DNA from: Felis catus
Taxonomy: Eukaryota
Length of the DNA: 64,000 nucleotides
Assembly: GCF_018350175.1 (NCBI RefSeq)
Contig: NC_058368.1
Location: forward strand, 230,270,001-230,334,000
Direction: 5' to 3'
Of this stretch, positions 13,901-28,020 are shown in pieces; within the stretch, counting starts at the first letter, position 1; the number at the start of each line of letters is the position of its first letter. The notes under the pieces were generated by a model that saw only the letters and a list, made by a program, of their open reading frames with translations, searched no databases and had not been told where the DNA came from. The position numbers and the translations under genes were made by a program.

Positions 13901-14998
13901 TTAGCTACAATCACTTCCAGAGATTCAAAGTCTGTCTGAGGATTTCAAGTCCTCAGTGGTAGTGGGCGCTTGGTAAAGAACACAGTTTCCACATTTTCCT
14001 CTGGATCTTACCAACAGCCAAACTTTATAAAAGTCTGGCCGGAAATCTCAGAGTTCCAGCTCTCTGGGAAAACACCCCGATTCAGATCAAACCTAGAAAA
14101 GTATGATTTCTCAGGTGTTAGGTCATCAGGATCCAAAGACCTCTTAGAACATTTTATCCCCCTCCTCCCACCCCCGCCTCCTCCTCCTTCTTGCAATTCT
14201 TTGCATCATAGAACAGTGCCTGAGTGAAAACCTAGCTCTGCCTTGTGGGAGGTCCCTAAAGTTAGGTATATCACACCTTGACATTGTTCTCTCATCCAGG
14301 GGATCACAACAGTATCTGTCTATTTCTATAATCTCAGGCATAAATAAGATAACGTGTATAAAGTTCTAGCCCCTTTCCTGGCTCAGTAAAAGTTAACTCG
14401 TATTATTTAATAATACCTACCATATAAACTTGGATTCATAAGGAAAAAGCCATTCGTTTTTGTTTCAGACAAAAGCAGGTCTTTTGAGTCCCCAAAACAT
14501 GCCAGTTTCTGTGTTGGACACACAAAGAGGAGTGAGAGATACTCTTTGCCCTCAAGAGACCCAGCCTCAGAACGGATAAATGAATGGACAGTTTTAGCCC
14601 TCGTGCTGGAATAAGACAGATTTCGGTTACTGTGGGAACATACTGCAGGGGCATGTTATGGTGGGTGTTCGATGTCTGCCATGGATGCTTCCTTGACGTC
14701 GCGGCTCCAGAGCTAAGTGGTGTAAGCGGAACCACTGAGGAATGGTAGCTGGAACAAAGTCCAAGAAGAGAGAAGGTAGGGAGCGTGAGGGTGGAGACTT
14801 CCAGCAGATCAGGGTTTCTGGAGGGAGAAATGGATGGTTCAGGTGGTCAGAGAAGGGGAGCAGGAGAGGAGGAGGAAAAGCTGTGTTATTTCATCCTTCC
14901 GGCAGACAGCCGACATGATCATATTTGCACATTAAAAACTCCATTCCAGGGACTGGAATGAGTGAAAGAAGGATTTCTTTTTACAAGAAAAAAGAGGC

Positions 14999-15238
14999 AG
15001 GGTGCCTGGATGGCTAAGTCAGTTAAGCATCCTACTTTTGATTTCAGCTCAGGTCATGATCTCCCGGTTTGTGAGTTCAAGCCCCGAGTCAGGCTCTGTG
15101 CTGACAGTGTGGAGCCTGCTTGGGATCTCTCTCTCTCTCCCTCTCTCTGCTCCTCCCCCACTCGTGCTCATGAGCTTTCTCTCTCTCTCTGTCTCTCAAA
15201 ATAAATAAATAAACATTAAAAAAAGAAAGAAAGAAAAG
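14999..15238 (+). mobile_element. Can-SINE
   Basis: Head, CT tract and A-rich tail. Confidence 0.9.
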
Positions 15239-15544
15239 ACAAAACAGGCAGAGAGACACAAGAAGGCATTGGAATAACCCTTCCATGGGAATAACCCTCC
15301 CAGATCTAGTAGTCTAAACTGCCCCCCCACACATACATACTTGTGTGCAATGCGACTGTTCAAAAATTATCACTAATAAATAGTAGGGGAAGAAGGCTAA
15401 ATAAATAGCATAACTAGTTCTTACATTTTTCTCTTGATAGGTGGCTTAATTTTCTTTTTTATAGTTTAAAAAATGTATCCATTTTGTGCATGATGATGAA
15501 TAAAATTATGTTAAAAAAAACCCATACTGCAATATAAAGCATTT

Positions 15545-15720
15545 GCGAGATGCCAGGCACTTTGCAAACTGTATCTCATGTAGCTTCCAACAACTTAAGG
15601 AGGTAGGTGTGATTTTTGCCACATTCTACAGATTTGGAAACTGAGGTTTCTCAATGATAAGTTTCTTGCCCGGGGTTACTTGGCTGGAAGTGACAGGGAT
15701 AGGACTTGAACCTAGATCAC
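15545..15720 (-). mobile_element. MIR SINE remnant
   Basis: cattctacagatttggaaactgagg core motif. Confidence 0.65.
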
Positions 15721-18700
15721 TTTCAGTGTGGCTTCTCTATACCTTTAAATATACATGATAAGGCAGAGAGGCAGTATATTTTTTTGTTGTTGAAGAAAAA
15801 CACCAGGAATATAGAGATACAGTGTAAGGCTTTTTAGTTTTTTTAAATAACTACTAATTTTGAAGAAAGCAAAAGTGTCTCAAAAGTGTGTCAATATCTT
15901 ACTGAATATGACTCTACCAGTACCCATTTTTGTTCCCTTTTGTAAAGAAGACAGCATGATCCTCTCATTTTCTGTGTTAGAGGAAAATCAATCCTATTAA
16001 AAGTAGGAATCTGAGTTGTAAATAGGTATTAAAGTTAAGCCAAACATTAGAAGCTTATTTTGAGGTAAAAACGAAATGAATTAAATGTAGGTTCTTAACC
16101 AATGATTACAATACAGATTGGCCTAATATGGACAGGATTTTGGTCAAGACGTGTTCATCTTTTACCTCTGCCTAGCGGACATAAAACCCAGTGTTTAGAG
16201 TGCATCACATGCCGTGCCTCTCAAATTCTGCATACTTGGTGATTTCAGTTCCATTCTGTGACGTGCTGATTCTTCCAGGTGCACCTGCTATAAGAAAGAA
16301 AGAAAGAAAAAAAAAAAAGCCTAATCCCATATAAAAGCTTTGCAATTTTCACTGTCAGGTTCTCAAAGGAAACATGAACTCTACTCAAGTAAGGAGTGAG
16401 TTTGTTTAACACCCAACGCTTGGGATGCGGTCACAGTGCAACACACGAGATCTTGGTGCCTGCTGTCCTTTAAATCACATTTCCCGAAGGTGATCCTCTA
16501 ACAGTCAATTTTTGCGAACCTTCCTCTCACCCTTAAATAAGACAAAAATTTCTAGTTTACATTTACTAATTAGAATGTGATCAGCCTGTGATATCAACCA
16601 ACACGTTGATCTTCTCTCCAAGGTGGTTAAGGCCAGTTCTCAGCCAAAACTTCCAGGGGGTTCCAGAACCAGACCTCCCTCGGGTCTCCTCCGCAGCCAC
16701 AGAAAGCCTGTGGCATTCCCTGCCGGCCATGCCTCTCAGGCCCAGAATCTTCCTCAGTAGTTCCTGCTCTCAGAGCTCAGTCCCCGTCCAGGCTGTTTTC
16801 TAGATCTGCATTTAATATAGTCTCTCTCCTGCAGGCTGCCTTCTGGTATCCTGCACCCCAGTGGACACTGAGAGTGCAGGCCAGTTCCCACACGCTGACC
16901 CTCTCCTGCTTCCACCAACAAAGTGATTGTTTTGTCAACCGCTTGCCCTCCAGAATTCTGGAACCTCATTTTCCAGTAGGGAACTCACATCCAAGTGGTC
17001 CCACGGAAGCCCACTGTCTTCAGGCTTTCCCTCCGAGGGGATGGTTCCTGAAATCTCGTCAGCAAACCCCCTCTGGACTTGTTGACTGCTGTCTCACAGC
17101 CCCCGTCTTCCTAGAGTGCAGGGCACGCAGAAATGACAATCGGACATCCTTTGCGAAGTCACTCTATGCAGCGTCTCATCTTACTCATATTGGTGTCTGA
17201 TTTCTGTCCAGTTTATGTCCACGGCAAACTTGCAGCAGGGAGACTGCCACTTGAACATCCCATTACAGTAAGTTAGTGGCTGAACCGGGAACTAAATGTT
17301 CGGGACGCTAGGTGGCCACAAAAGGCCTACCTGACTTTTGTTGATTCACAGAAGTTAATACCTTCCCGTCCCTTCCTACCTCATTGGCAACCATGCTAGT
17401 TGAAATGGGGCAGACAGGTCTTTTTTGTGCTTTTGTGGGAAAGTGGCATCTTTACCTACAGTTCTATGAAAAGCTTTTCCAGTGTCTGTGACGCTTTGAT
17501 GATTTTGGTCATGCTTTATCTCAGACAGTGGTTCCAGATGGCATCCTCTGTCCATGCATCTGCCTCCCCTGTGTCCAGATCCTCTGAAAAATACAGAATT
17601 TCAGTGGGTAAGCCACCAAAGACACAAGAACACAGAGGCCAGTGGCTGTGGCTCATCGAAAGCAGGCCGTGATAGGAATTTTCTAGAAAGCAAAATACAC
17701 AGGAGCGATGAGCACTTACAATGTTGAAAGTTTCTCCCAAGAATCTGCTGTGCCAGTGTGACAGAGGTGGGCTGATTTTCAGTAAAGCCTCGGACAGGCT
17801 CAGTCGTCAGAGTGAAGCTGGGGAGATACGTGGGGCTAAAGATGGAGGGATTCGCTGGAAGTCAGGGCTTGATACAGTTTTAAGTCTGCTGCTTGCTCCC
17901 ACTTGCATATTCTCTCTCCTGCCAAGATGACGAGCCTGTAGCCATGGCTTACTCCAAAGTGAAGAATGGGGGTGGTCTCCTGAAACTGGACAGGCTGTCT
18001 GAGAAAGCTCGACTCCGATTTGGCTGCCGGTGGCTTAGATAAAGTTTATTTCAAACAGGCATGCGGGTGGTGGGCTGGAAGGGGGCTCAGGCTGTTCTTT
18101 ACCCTCTTTCTCTCATCCCCAAGGAGGAATGCCAGGCCGTGTGCCCCTCCTACCTTACAGATTGTGACTCAGGGGCATTTAGTGGGAGATACTTCCATTT
18201 AGGCTGTAGTTGAAGAGGCTGCCAGCAGGTTTTTCTTTCTCAAATATGATAAATTAGTAAGGATTACTGAGGAATTGGAGAGAATTAGTGACATGAAAAA
18301 AAATAGCAAAAATGAACTGTCTCTCAGAAGAAACAGATAATTTACAGAATAAAAGAGATTAAAGGAAACAAGGAAGAACTTTTGGACCCGTACTGAGAAG
18401 GGTTTAAGAAGATCTTGTGTTTATTAAATAAGAACCGGGTGATACATGAGAGGATCAAAGAACAAGAAGATCTTTATAGGCTGTAAAAATAGCACCACCC
18501 AAACAAAAAAAAAAAAGTGATAGAATAAATGGGAAATAGTCGAGGAAATCGCTCAGAAGGTCGCCATACAGGGAAGGAGACAGAAAATACAAGAATGATG
18601 CAATAATAGTGCATGGAAGACACATCCAAGACTTAGGAAAGTCCCAGAAAGAATGGAGGGAAGCAAGCTACCAAGGAAGTAATACAGAGCAATTCCTCAG

Positions 18701-18905
18701 AGCCGAGGGACCTATACCTTCATAGGAAATGCCCCATGTTTGCAACAGGGCACTTCCGCATTCTGCATCGTGCAGTTTCAAAGCACCAATGCAAAAGACC
18801 CTAAAGCCACTGGAGAGGAAGAACACGTATGCCACCAGATTGAGGCAGTGATACTGGGTGGCAAAGAACAATCAGGTGATGTGCTCAGAGTTCTGGGGGC
18901 AAGTT

Positions 18906-19107
18906 ATTTTTTTAACGTTTATTTATTTCTCTTGAGAGAGAGAGAGAGAGAGAAAGAGGGAGAGAAAGGGAGAGAGAGAATCCCAAGCAGACTCTGTGCC
19001 TTCAGTGCAGAGCCCAGTGAAGGGCTCGAACCCACGAACCATGAGATCATGACCTGAGCTGAAACCAAGAGTCTGACGCTTAACTGACTGAGCCACCCAG
19101 ATGCCCC
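18906..19107 (-). mobile_element. Can-SINE with degenerate TSD
   Basis: Flanks tgggggcaagttattttt and tgggggaaacttattttt. Confidence 0.9.
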
Positions 19108-19681
19108 TGGGGGAAACTTATTTTTAACCTAAACTCTATACGTAGCCAAATTTTTCACATAAAGGCAGAATCAAATATTTTCAGTCCTGCAAGTATTGAT
19201 AAAATCGATCTCCATATAGGCCCCCTTGCCTGGAGATTTACAACACTCAGTGGGTGTGTCTCAGCTGAATGAGGGTATAAAACAGGAGGAAAACATGGTA
19301 CCCAAGAACAGTGTATATTGACCGTCAGGATGGTGCAGAGATGTCCCCAGGGTTGGGGGGGGGGGGACATCTGGGCAGTAAGCTAGCAAACTAGGAAAGG
19401 TAGGACTCAACACATAAATGTTGACAGTCATGAATGTTGGCCTAAGTCCCAAAGAGTCTGGGTAATTTTAATATCTAAGAGCTGAACAAGTACAAGAACA
19501 AGTTAAGAATAATGAGTTCAATTGCAGTTTGACAAAAAAGAATAGTTCCTACATTGCATTGAGTTCCACAGATACAGGAGGCGGTGGTTAAGAGAGAGAA
19601 TGGATTGAGGCCAGACATGGGTACATCAGTTACTAGCTTGGGTCCATCATTTACTTGTTCTGTTCACCTTTTTTATCCTAC

Positions 19682-20218
19682 TTTTTTTTTTAATATACTT
19701 TGTTGTCAAGTTAGTTAACATATAGCGTATACAGTGTGCTTTTGGTTTCAGGAGTAGAATCCCATGATTCATCGCTTACATACAACACCCAGTGCTCATC
19801 CCAACAAGTCCCTCCTCAATGCCAATCTCCTCTGCCCCCCCCCACCCCTCCAACCCTCAGTTTGTTCTCTGTATTTAAGAGACTCTTATGGTTTGCCTCC
19901 CTCTCTGTTTGAAACTGTTTTTCCCCCTTCCCTTCTCCCATGGTCTTCTGTTAAGTTTCTCAAATTCCACATAATGCGTGAAAACATATGATATCTGCCT
20001 TTCTCTGACTGACTTATTTCACTTAGCATAACACCCTCCCGTTCCATCCACATTGTTGCAAATGGCAGGATTCCATTCTTTCTCATTGCCAAGTAGTATT
20101 CCATTGTATATAGAAGCCACATCTTCTTTATCCACTCATCAGTTGATGGACACTTGGACTCTTTCCATAATTTGGCTATTGTTGAAAGCACTGCTGTAAA
20201 CATTGTGGGTACATGTGC
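19682..20218 (-). mobile_element. 5'-truncated carnivore L1 (3' UTR plus ORF2 C-terminus)
   Basis: Poly-T tail. Minus-strand translation MFTAVLSTIAKLWKESKCPSTDEWIKKMW...ILPFATMWMEREGVMLSEISQSEK matches the end of L1 ORF2. Confidence 0.92.
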
Positions 20219-21149
20219 CTGGGGATTAAGGATCCCAGGAGCATGCACATGATCTTCGAGGCATGAGGGATTGAAGGCAGTGTGACGGTATGTGTGAAGT
20301 TTGAAGAGAAGTGGATTAAAACGGGACCACTTTTGGGGCTTCCGGAAATGAACCAACTCACAGGCAATTCCCTTTTCCTCTTCGAGAAACAGGCCAGGTA
20401 ATGTGCAGTCAGGTGTTTTGCAGGTGCTGAACCCTGAACACCCGTCTTACTTCCCAGCGCTGCGGATCAGATCGGTGGAAGCTAGAAATAGTTCCACGGG
20501 AAACTGCTCTTAGGTATAATACCGCATCAGGGAAGGAAATGACAGAATGCGAGGAGAGATGTGGAGACACACATAGTAATTAGGTCTGGAAGCCAGGCTG
20601 CAGATGCACTGTTCGCTCTTGTGCTGCCGGGGTATCGGCCGCCCTGACTGTGGACCGTTTTCTTGGCTGGGTCCCCCGCACTCAGCAATGGGGACAGCCC
20701 GGCTGATGTGTGACCCGTGGTGTGGGTTTCTCCTGCTCTTCAGGCTCTGTGCTGCTGAACTTCAAGTCAGCAGGGCATTGAAGGTAAAATATTCCTGGGT
20801 CTGTTTTCACTGATCGCTCCTTGCGGGTCACAGGTGTCAGTTAATCTGAGCAAAGGGGCATCTGTGCTTTGCCACTCACCTCACACGTGAGCATCAGTTC
20901 GATTGTTGCCTGGTCGCTCCACCTTAATAAATACGATGCTGTTAAATATTTATTTTCTTTCTACGTAAGCCACAGGGGTGATGTGGAGACCAGCTATTTT
21001 AGTAGATGCACAAATACTCTTTAATAATTAAAAACCTAAAATCTCTCAAAACGGAGTCGATTTGCAACCAAGGCTGCATCAAAATCCCACGTGCCACTGT
21101 ATCTCACCAAGGTGCATTTTGTAATTTTTAAAAATCTCTCTGTATGTTT

Positions 21150-21154
<5 letters not shown>

Positions 21155-21190
<36 letters not shown>
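21155..21190. repeat. (AT)n microsatellite
   Basis: Directly visible. Confidence 0.95.
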
Positions 21191-21194
<4 letters not shown>

Positions 21195-21627
21195 ACACAT
21201 AAAGTGTGTATATATATAAAGTATGTATACATAAAACCTACAGTTTTTTCTTATTATTTATATGTATTGTAAATATGACAAAAATTACCATAGATACATT
21301 TATTTATACATATACATACACATATATGCGTATGTATTTTTATATACCTATAAAAGTTTGCATCTCCTGTGGATAACTAATGTGAAATATCTGAAATCTC
21401 TAAAGGCTAATCCCACATGGGTCTACGTGTATTGTTGTGGTGCCCTGTATTGCCAAAGAACTTATTTACATTACAAAGCAGAAAGTATCTTGAAGTATCT
21501 TGTAATCCTGGCAGAGCATTTGAATAGGGGGAGTTGTGGACTCCCGGAGGGCAGCTAATGGGACTTTCAGAGTTCAGAGTTTTCCAGAACTCCTCACCAA
21601 GCTTCTTCTAGTAGGTATTCAACAACC

Positions 21628-21739
21628 TTTTTTTTTTCCTTAAGATTTTATTTTTAGGTAATCTCCACACCCAATGTGGGTCTCGAACTTACAACCCCAA
21701 GATCAAGAGTCACATAGCGGCATAGCCAGCCAGGAGCCC
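21628..21739 (-). mobile_element. Short Can-SINE lacking the CT tract
   Basis: aagattttatttttaggtaatctccacacccaatgtgggtctcgaac...agccagccaggagccc, with ttcaacaa on both sides. Confidence 0.8.
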
Positions 21740-22586
21740 GTTCAACAAATATTTTTGAGTGACTATTGTAAAAGTATTTTTGGGTGCAAATGGTATATCC
21801 CATTGGTAACCGGAAGTCATGCTTAGCACGGAGAGAATACAGAGAAATACCAGGTTCTACCCAGAATGAGTGAACCATTAAAAACTTAACCAGTAGCTAC
21901 CAGAAAGACTTGGTTCAATGCATATTGAGAATCTGTAAGATAAAGTGTCTGCATCCTCACCTCTGAGTTTCCTAATTCTTTGGAAAGTGGTTTCCTGTAC
22001 TTTCTACGTTCCTGTTGCAGCGTTAACAGAGGCATGGACAGCATTCCAAGGAATGTCGCAGGCTCACCTCGAGAGCTAGCAGTTCTTTGTGTGTGTAGCT
22101 GTAGAGAAGAAATCATAAAAACAGATAATTCCTATTCTGTGGTGTCTGTATTCTGAGCATGTGCCCAGGATCCTGCAGGTAGAAACTTGGCAGCAAAGAG
22201 AACCCAAAGAAAACCATTAATTATTTTGGTTCAGTAGACTCTAGTGGCCCCTCCTATTTCTGCTTGCTATGCTAATATCTTCGAATAGATGTGATCGCAT
22301 TGATTTTTCCTGTTGGGCTTCCTAGATGGTGCCTGGGCCCGCATGTGCTCTGCTGTTACAGACGGTGCCTGGGCACACAGGTGCTGTGCCATTACAGAGG
22401 TGCTATGCCCATACCGTACCCCAAATGATATCTGCATTTCCCGATGTTTCTGGCTTCAACCTTAGAGCTCCCCTAGAATGGACTGGCAATGTGATAAAGT
22501 CAAAACCCCCCTTACAAGATAAGCTTCATTTTAATAATTGATGTAGAAAAGGAAGTCTGTATACATTTCTCTTTAGAATGAAGAAA

Positions 22587-22588
<2 letters not shown>

Positions 22589-22627
<39 letters not shown>
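22589..22627. repeat. (CA)n microsatellite
   Basis: Directly visible. Confidence 0.96.
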
Positions 22628-22629
<2 letters not shown>

Positions 22630-23155
22630 CACACAGGTACTGTCAGGTCGTAAGCTCAGCTGATTAGAAGCTTATAATACTCCAGTCCCCTCCATGGCGG
22701 AGCCAATTAGTTGGTTATAGTTGACATGACCCCAAAGAGCCCCCTACACCTTGACAGCCTTCTAGCAAATATGTAGTATTTGTTTTGCCCTTAAAGAGTC
22801 AACACAGATTGATTTTTGGACTGGAAAACCATCACGTACATGACTGCTGTGCCACACCAATGGGTGGTTTAGTAGTAACTTCTTTGGATAAAGAAAACAG
22901 TTGAAAATAGGGTGGGGGAATTATAACTATACATCGGTCTCATCCGGGTGCTTTGTATTAGGGATTTAATGTTTAAATAAATGTAACTGGTATCCAAATA
23001 ATAAGTATACATATATAATACATTACTAATTGGATTCTAAAACCACAGATACAATTATTAAAGCCCTTTAACCAGAACAGAATCAGGGGAAAATTTTAAT
23101 CCTCCTCAGAACTGTTTATTACACAGCATAATCTCTCTTCTCAAACCCTTTTTTT

Positions 23156-23372
23156 AAAATTTTTTTTTTCAACGTTTATTTATTTTTGGGACAGAGAGAG
23201 ACCGAGCATGAACGGGGGAGGGGCAGAGAGAGAGGGAGACACAGAATCGGAAACAGGCTCCAGGCTCCGAGCCATCAGCCCAGAGCCTGACGCGGGGCTC
23301 GAACTCCCAGACCGCGAGATCGTGACCTGGCTGAAGTCGGACGCTTAACCGACTGCGCCACCCAGGCGCCCC
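23156..23372 (-). mobile_element. Young SINEC_Fc-type Can-SINE with 15-bp TSD
   Basis: TSD tcaaacccttttttt at 23141-23155 and 23373-23387; CpGs intact. Confidence 0.95.
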
Positions 23373-23959
23373 TCAAACCCTTTTTTTTTATATGCCAAAT
23401 ATTATGTTGAGTAAAATAAGGAAAATGTAATAAAGTGTTGATACGAAGAATTTATAAAATGTAAATATAGAGAACGAGTAACCTATGAAGCAATTTGCTT
23501 GCCTTTTCTCCCCCCCATAAATTATGTTGAAAGTTCATGGTATCTTTTTCTTCTGGAATTAACACCAGAGCCTCCCTGTGGGTGTTAGTAAGATATATAA
23601 AGGAATGGGAAAATGATACAGGAGAATACATCTGAACTTTGCATTATAAAAGCTAAGTAATTTTTGAAAAGGAATTTGCACACCCTGTCTATGGTATATT
23701 TAATACAGTCTGATCAAAAAGGCCTGTGTTTGACAAAACATCTTAGCTCATGTACATTTCAAAATATTTAAACCAATTAATGAAGAAAACAACTTAAGCC
23801 TACTTTTGTCTGATAAAACTTTTCTCCTTGCCTTTACACTGAGAATTTCATCGGTGCCCTTTGAGGAGCACATACACAAAAAATGAAAATTCAGCTTCAA
23901 TTCTGAAGAGCTCTGGTCCCTTGCAGCCCAAGCTGGTCTATCTGTCCTGCTTTGCATCT

Positions 23960-23986
23960 CAACAACAACAACAACAACAACAACAA
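23960..23986. repeat. (CAA)9 microsatellite
   Basis: Directly visible. Confidence 0.95.
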
Positions 23987-25059
23987 AAGATGGGTCAGGA
24001 GCGCCCTGTTCGGGCTTCTTTCCATGGAAATATCCATAATTATCCATAGTAATTAGGTCCTGAAACCAGACTCCAGATGTACTGTTCGCGTATTGCACTG
24101 ATGGGGTGTTGAGAAGCAGCTGTCAAGAAATAGAATGACACTCATCGAATTTTATCCGCCTTGTTGATAGAGAAGAGTATCTGTGTGAATATGAGACTGG
24201 CCATTAAAAACTCTGGTAAGTGACTAATTAATAAAGCACCGAATCGTAGATCACTCTGCATCAGTAGTTAATTAGGACAATAAGATAGTGGTGAGCCTGG
24301 CTCCTGGTCCGTTTCACCCTGAACGTGGCTGCCCAAAGCTTCTCTCCAGGCAGAGATGGGGTTCGAAGCAAATTTTAAACAGGAGACCCCTCCTGGGTAA
24401 AAATTAACATTCACAGATTACACTTGTTTACAAGTTAACGTCAGAAGACTTTAATTACAAGTCCGAGGTCAAATTATGTTGCCCTTCTGCACAAAGATAC
24501 TACAATTCACGATTCACCCCTGCCAATTTTTTATCTGCCAGCTGTCAACTGAAAAGGATTTGGGGTGTCTTGATGGACTGTTTTGGGGAGTCATTCTGTC
24601 AGCTTCACTGGGACGTTTATCTGAATAGTTGTGATTACACGCGAGTTATTTTTAGAAAGATCCCTACGTGTTCACAGGATCCATGATTGTCACGGCAAGG
24701 ACCCCACCCTCACCTGATGTAAAAAATCAGGCACCTTCCAGCCTAAATGCCCCTTTTCCCAAAACCACGCTGTGTCCAACCCGAAGACATTTTCTGGAGA
24801 CCTACAGAAGTGAGGGGATGGGAGCGGCAGGAAATGTCCTGCGGGCCGTACGTGTCTACAGTCTGTGAACTTGGGGGACTTCCCAGCAGGAAGTCAATTG
24901 CAGCACAGTGAATAGCACAGGTGGACAGAAAGCATTCTGTACCCTTTTTACTCTCAGAGGCGTTGCTGCCTTCCTGCAAAGCTCAGAACCTGCACCTCCC
25001 TCCAAGGGGGTGACTCCTTTCCCCCCACCACCCATCCAAGAACAGAGATTTTTGTATTG

Positions 25060-25290
25060 TATTTATTTTTTTAATTTTTTTTTACATTTATTTATTTTTG
25101 AGAGACAGAGTGAGACAAAGTGAGAGTGGGGGGGGGGCTGCGGAGAGAGAGGGAGACACAGGATCGGAAGCAGGCTCCAGGCTCTGAGCCGTCAGCACAG
25201 AGCCCCACGCGGGGCTCGAACCCACAGATCATGAGATGATGACCTGAGCCGAAGTCGGACGCTCAACCGACCGAGCCCCCCAGGCGCCCC
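25060..25290 (-). mobile_element. Can-SINE
   Basis: Full body, degenerate TSD gagattt(t/c)tgtatt. Confidence 0.9.
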
Positions 25291-27792
25291 ATGAGATTTC
25301 TGTATTTTAAATCTGCAGTCTTAAGGGCTCTGCTGAGGACCAGACCTTGGCATGCACTCCTCAAGACCCTACATTGGCCCCAAATCTACCAGGCCTGCCC
25401 CTAACCATCCAGTGCTAGATCTTGTCTTAGAAACGTCTGGGGAGTGTTTGAACTCTTCTGTTCCCTGGGCCCATCCCCTCAGGTCCCAGTTCAGTAGTCT
25501 GGAGGGGGCCCCCAAAATCAATACTGTTAAAAAGGCTTCCAGGTGAATGCCATGTGTGTCCTCCCAAGGTTGGGAAGCACCGAACCGAACTCTTACATAG
25601 GTGTGCACCGAAGCAGTGAAGGGAACCTAGACTTGCTTCCCCAGAATCCTCCTAGAAGCATAGCAAAAGCAGCAAAAGCATTCCTGGCCACCCATATGTA
25701 AAAAGTCTGCCCTCTGTAGGAAAGATGGGCTTTTATATGCCCCTTGGTGTCTGAGCCTTGGCCACCTAGAATTGAGATCAGTCACTCTGCAGCAGCCCAC
25801 AGGTGGAAGCCTGACCTATAGGCCCAGGCAACCCGTGGCAGCCAGTACGATGCCCGCGTGCGGTGGCCAGCACAGCCACCTGCTGGACCCAGCTGCCGAT
25901 GTTCCTGCAGAGGCCCCATCAGCATGGTCAGCATCTGGCTGCACCCTCGGCCTGCACCTTTGTTGTTGCAATCGTGTTTGCATAGTAAGGCAGGGAGAGA
26001 TAAGGAATCCATAGTTCGGTCCCCAGGGCTTCAGTATGGTGCCTAAGTTGAAGCCCCCTAGCAGTCAAGGTACGTGTCCGTGGCTAAACCAGTACGTGTG
26101 TGGACCATCCGCACCAACATTGTCAGAGAACTTGTTAAAAATGCAGAACTTCGGGGCCTCCCCCAAACCTGAGCCAGAACCTAGATTTTAATCAGAAGAT
26201 TCGTGCCAGTGGTGTTTGGAGAAACACCGAAATCCATGGCTGGTTCATTTGGAGCAGCTCTTTACCTAGCCTGAGATAAACCGAAAGCAGATAATGAGGA
26301 CACTCTCCAGGCCACCACTAAGTTTACCTGGTGTGTTTCACTAGTATTTGTACCATCTTAGACAAGTGTGTTTTCACTCAGAGTTCTGAGTTTTGCCATA
26401 GGACGCCATCCACTCTGGTGCAGACGCAGAAGCATGCACCGTTCGCTGCAAAGAAAACATAGAAGTGGTCCGTCCTATGCATGTAAAGATAACAGACTTC
26501 TCATTGCTCGTTTTTCCCCGTTACTGCTGTCTCATTACTTTACACGTGCCTGCCTGTCACAAAAGGAAATGAACGAAAGAAGCCTGGTTTTCTAACAGCT
26601 TGAGAAGAAATGCTCGTGGTAAGAGAGGAAATACTAGAAAGAATGAGGGACACCTGCTATTCTAAGGGACACGATCACACGGGCACCATAAATCCTACTT
26701 CCTGACTAGTGATTTTTCACTTTTAAGATATGCTTGGTGGAAAGTCTTTGAGCCCAAACAGAATACAGTATTCATTTGGTAAAAGGTGTGGTGCGGTCTC
26801 ATAATTAAGTTGCATTGGAAAATGCATCATCAAGTTACAGGAATAAATCCTGTGTTTTGTACCTGGTCAGAGACTTTTATGAGCATTCACGTTATTTGTG
26901 ATAGCAAAGTTACCGTAACGGATGAAAATCTAGGATTCATGAAATACATGAAGCAGAAGGGCATTTTCTGAAGGTTTCCAAAACAGACTTTTTGTAGAAT
27001 CACTTTATATCATCAGATGGCCTGTTGCATTGAACTTATTAGGCTCCAATGCAGATTTTGTCATTGAATATACATGAATAGTCTCCCTTCCAAATGTCGG
27101 TCTGAAATATGGCTGGTAGCCTGTCTAGGAAGTGTGTTCATATATCTTAACATTTACAACAACATGGGATAAGATGTCTAACTAATTCAATGAATTAATG
27201 ATCATTTGCAAATGAAATTTAGTGCAGGGACTTGACTCAAGATACATAGGAAATATTTTGGGGTCTCTTAAATACTGAAATTAACTAGTGAATTAGCATA
27301 GGAGTGGGGAGGAGATTTTGGAATTTTGAGTTGAGTCCAAAGCAAAAACCAAGAATTAAACAAGTCTTTATTATGGTAAAGTATTCCTTAGATCTAAGAT
27401 GCTATATTTGCATCTTTGAGCAATTTACTTAGCACACATGTATGAAATAATATTAGCCAAAGTGGCTTTTTTATTTCTAAAAGTGCTTATATGTTGATAT
27501 CATTTTTCCCTCTTGAGAGATTAATAATGACAAATATCAAGGGCTAGAAGTTTTAAGAGGTTCAAAGTCTACAGAATAACTGTTCCGGGGCCATAAACTG
27601 TCACAGAGCACAGGCTACCTACCTGCATGGGCCATGCTGCCTGGCCACGCTGCTTAGTGACTCCAATGTATCAGCAGGGATCAAACCGCTGATATTGGAG
27701 TATTCAGTGGGAGAAGGAGTTCAGTGGGAATTTGCGAGGGGAAAATCTGCTACTATTCCAAAAATCACAGTTCTCTTTGGAAGTTCTATTTT

Positions 27793-28020
27793 GGGGTGCC
27801 TGGGTAGCTCAGTTGGTTAAGCGTCTGGCTCTTGATTGCATCTCAGGTCACGATCTCACAATTTGTGAGTTGGAGCCCCGTGTCGGACTCTGTGCTGTCA
27901 GCATGGAGCCTGCTTGGGATTCTCTCTTCCCCCGACCTCTCTCTCTGCCCCTACCCTGCCCTCTATCTCTCTCCCTCCCTCCCTCTCTCTTTCTTTCTCA
28001 AAATAAATAAACTTAAAAAA
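27793..28020 (+). mobile_element. Can-SINE with TSD
   Basis: TSD aagttctatttt at 27781-27792 and 28021-28032. Confidence 0.92.

Noticed and set aside
18230..18900. Purine-rich stretch possibly from an old L1 ORF1 region
   Set aside because: Too degenerate to assign by eye; needs RepeatMasker.
23861..24049. Poly-Q containing ORF
   Set aside because: Translation of an intronic (CAA)9 microsatellite with no splice or homology support.
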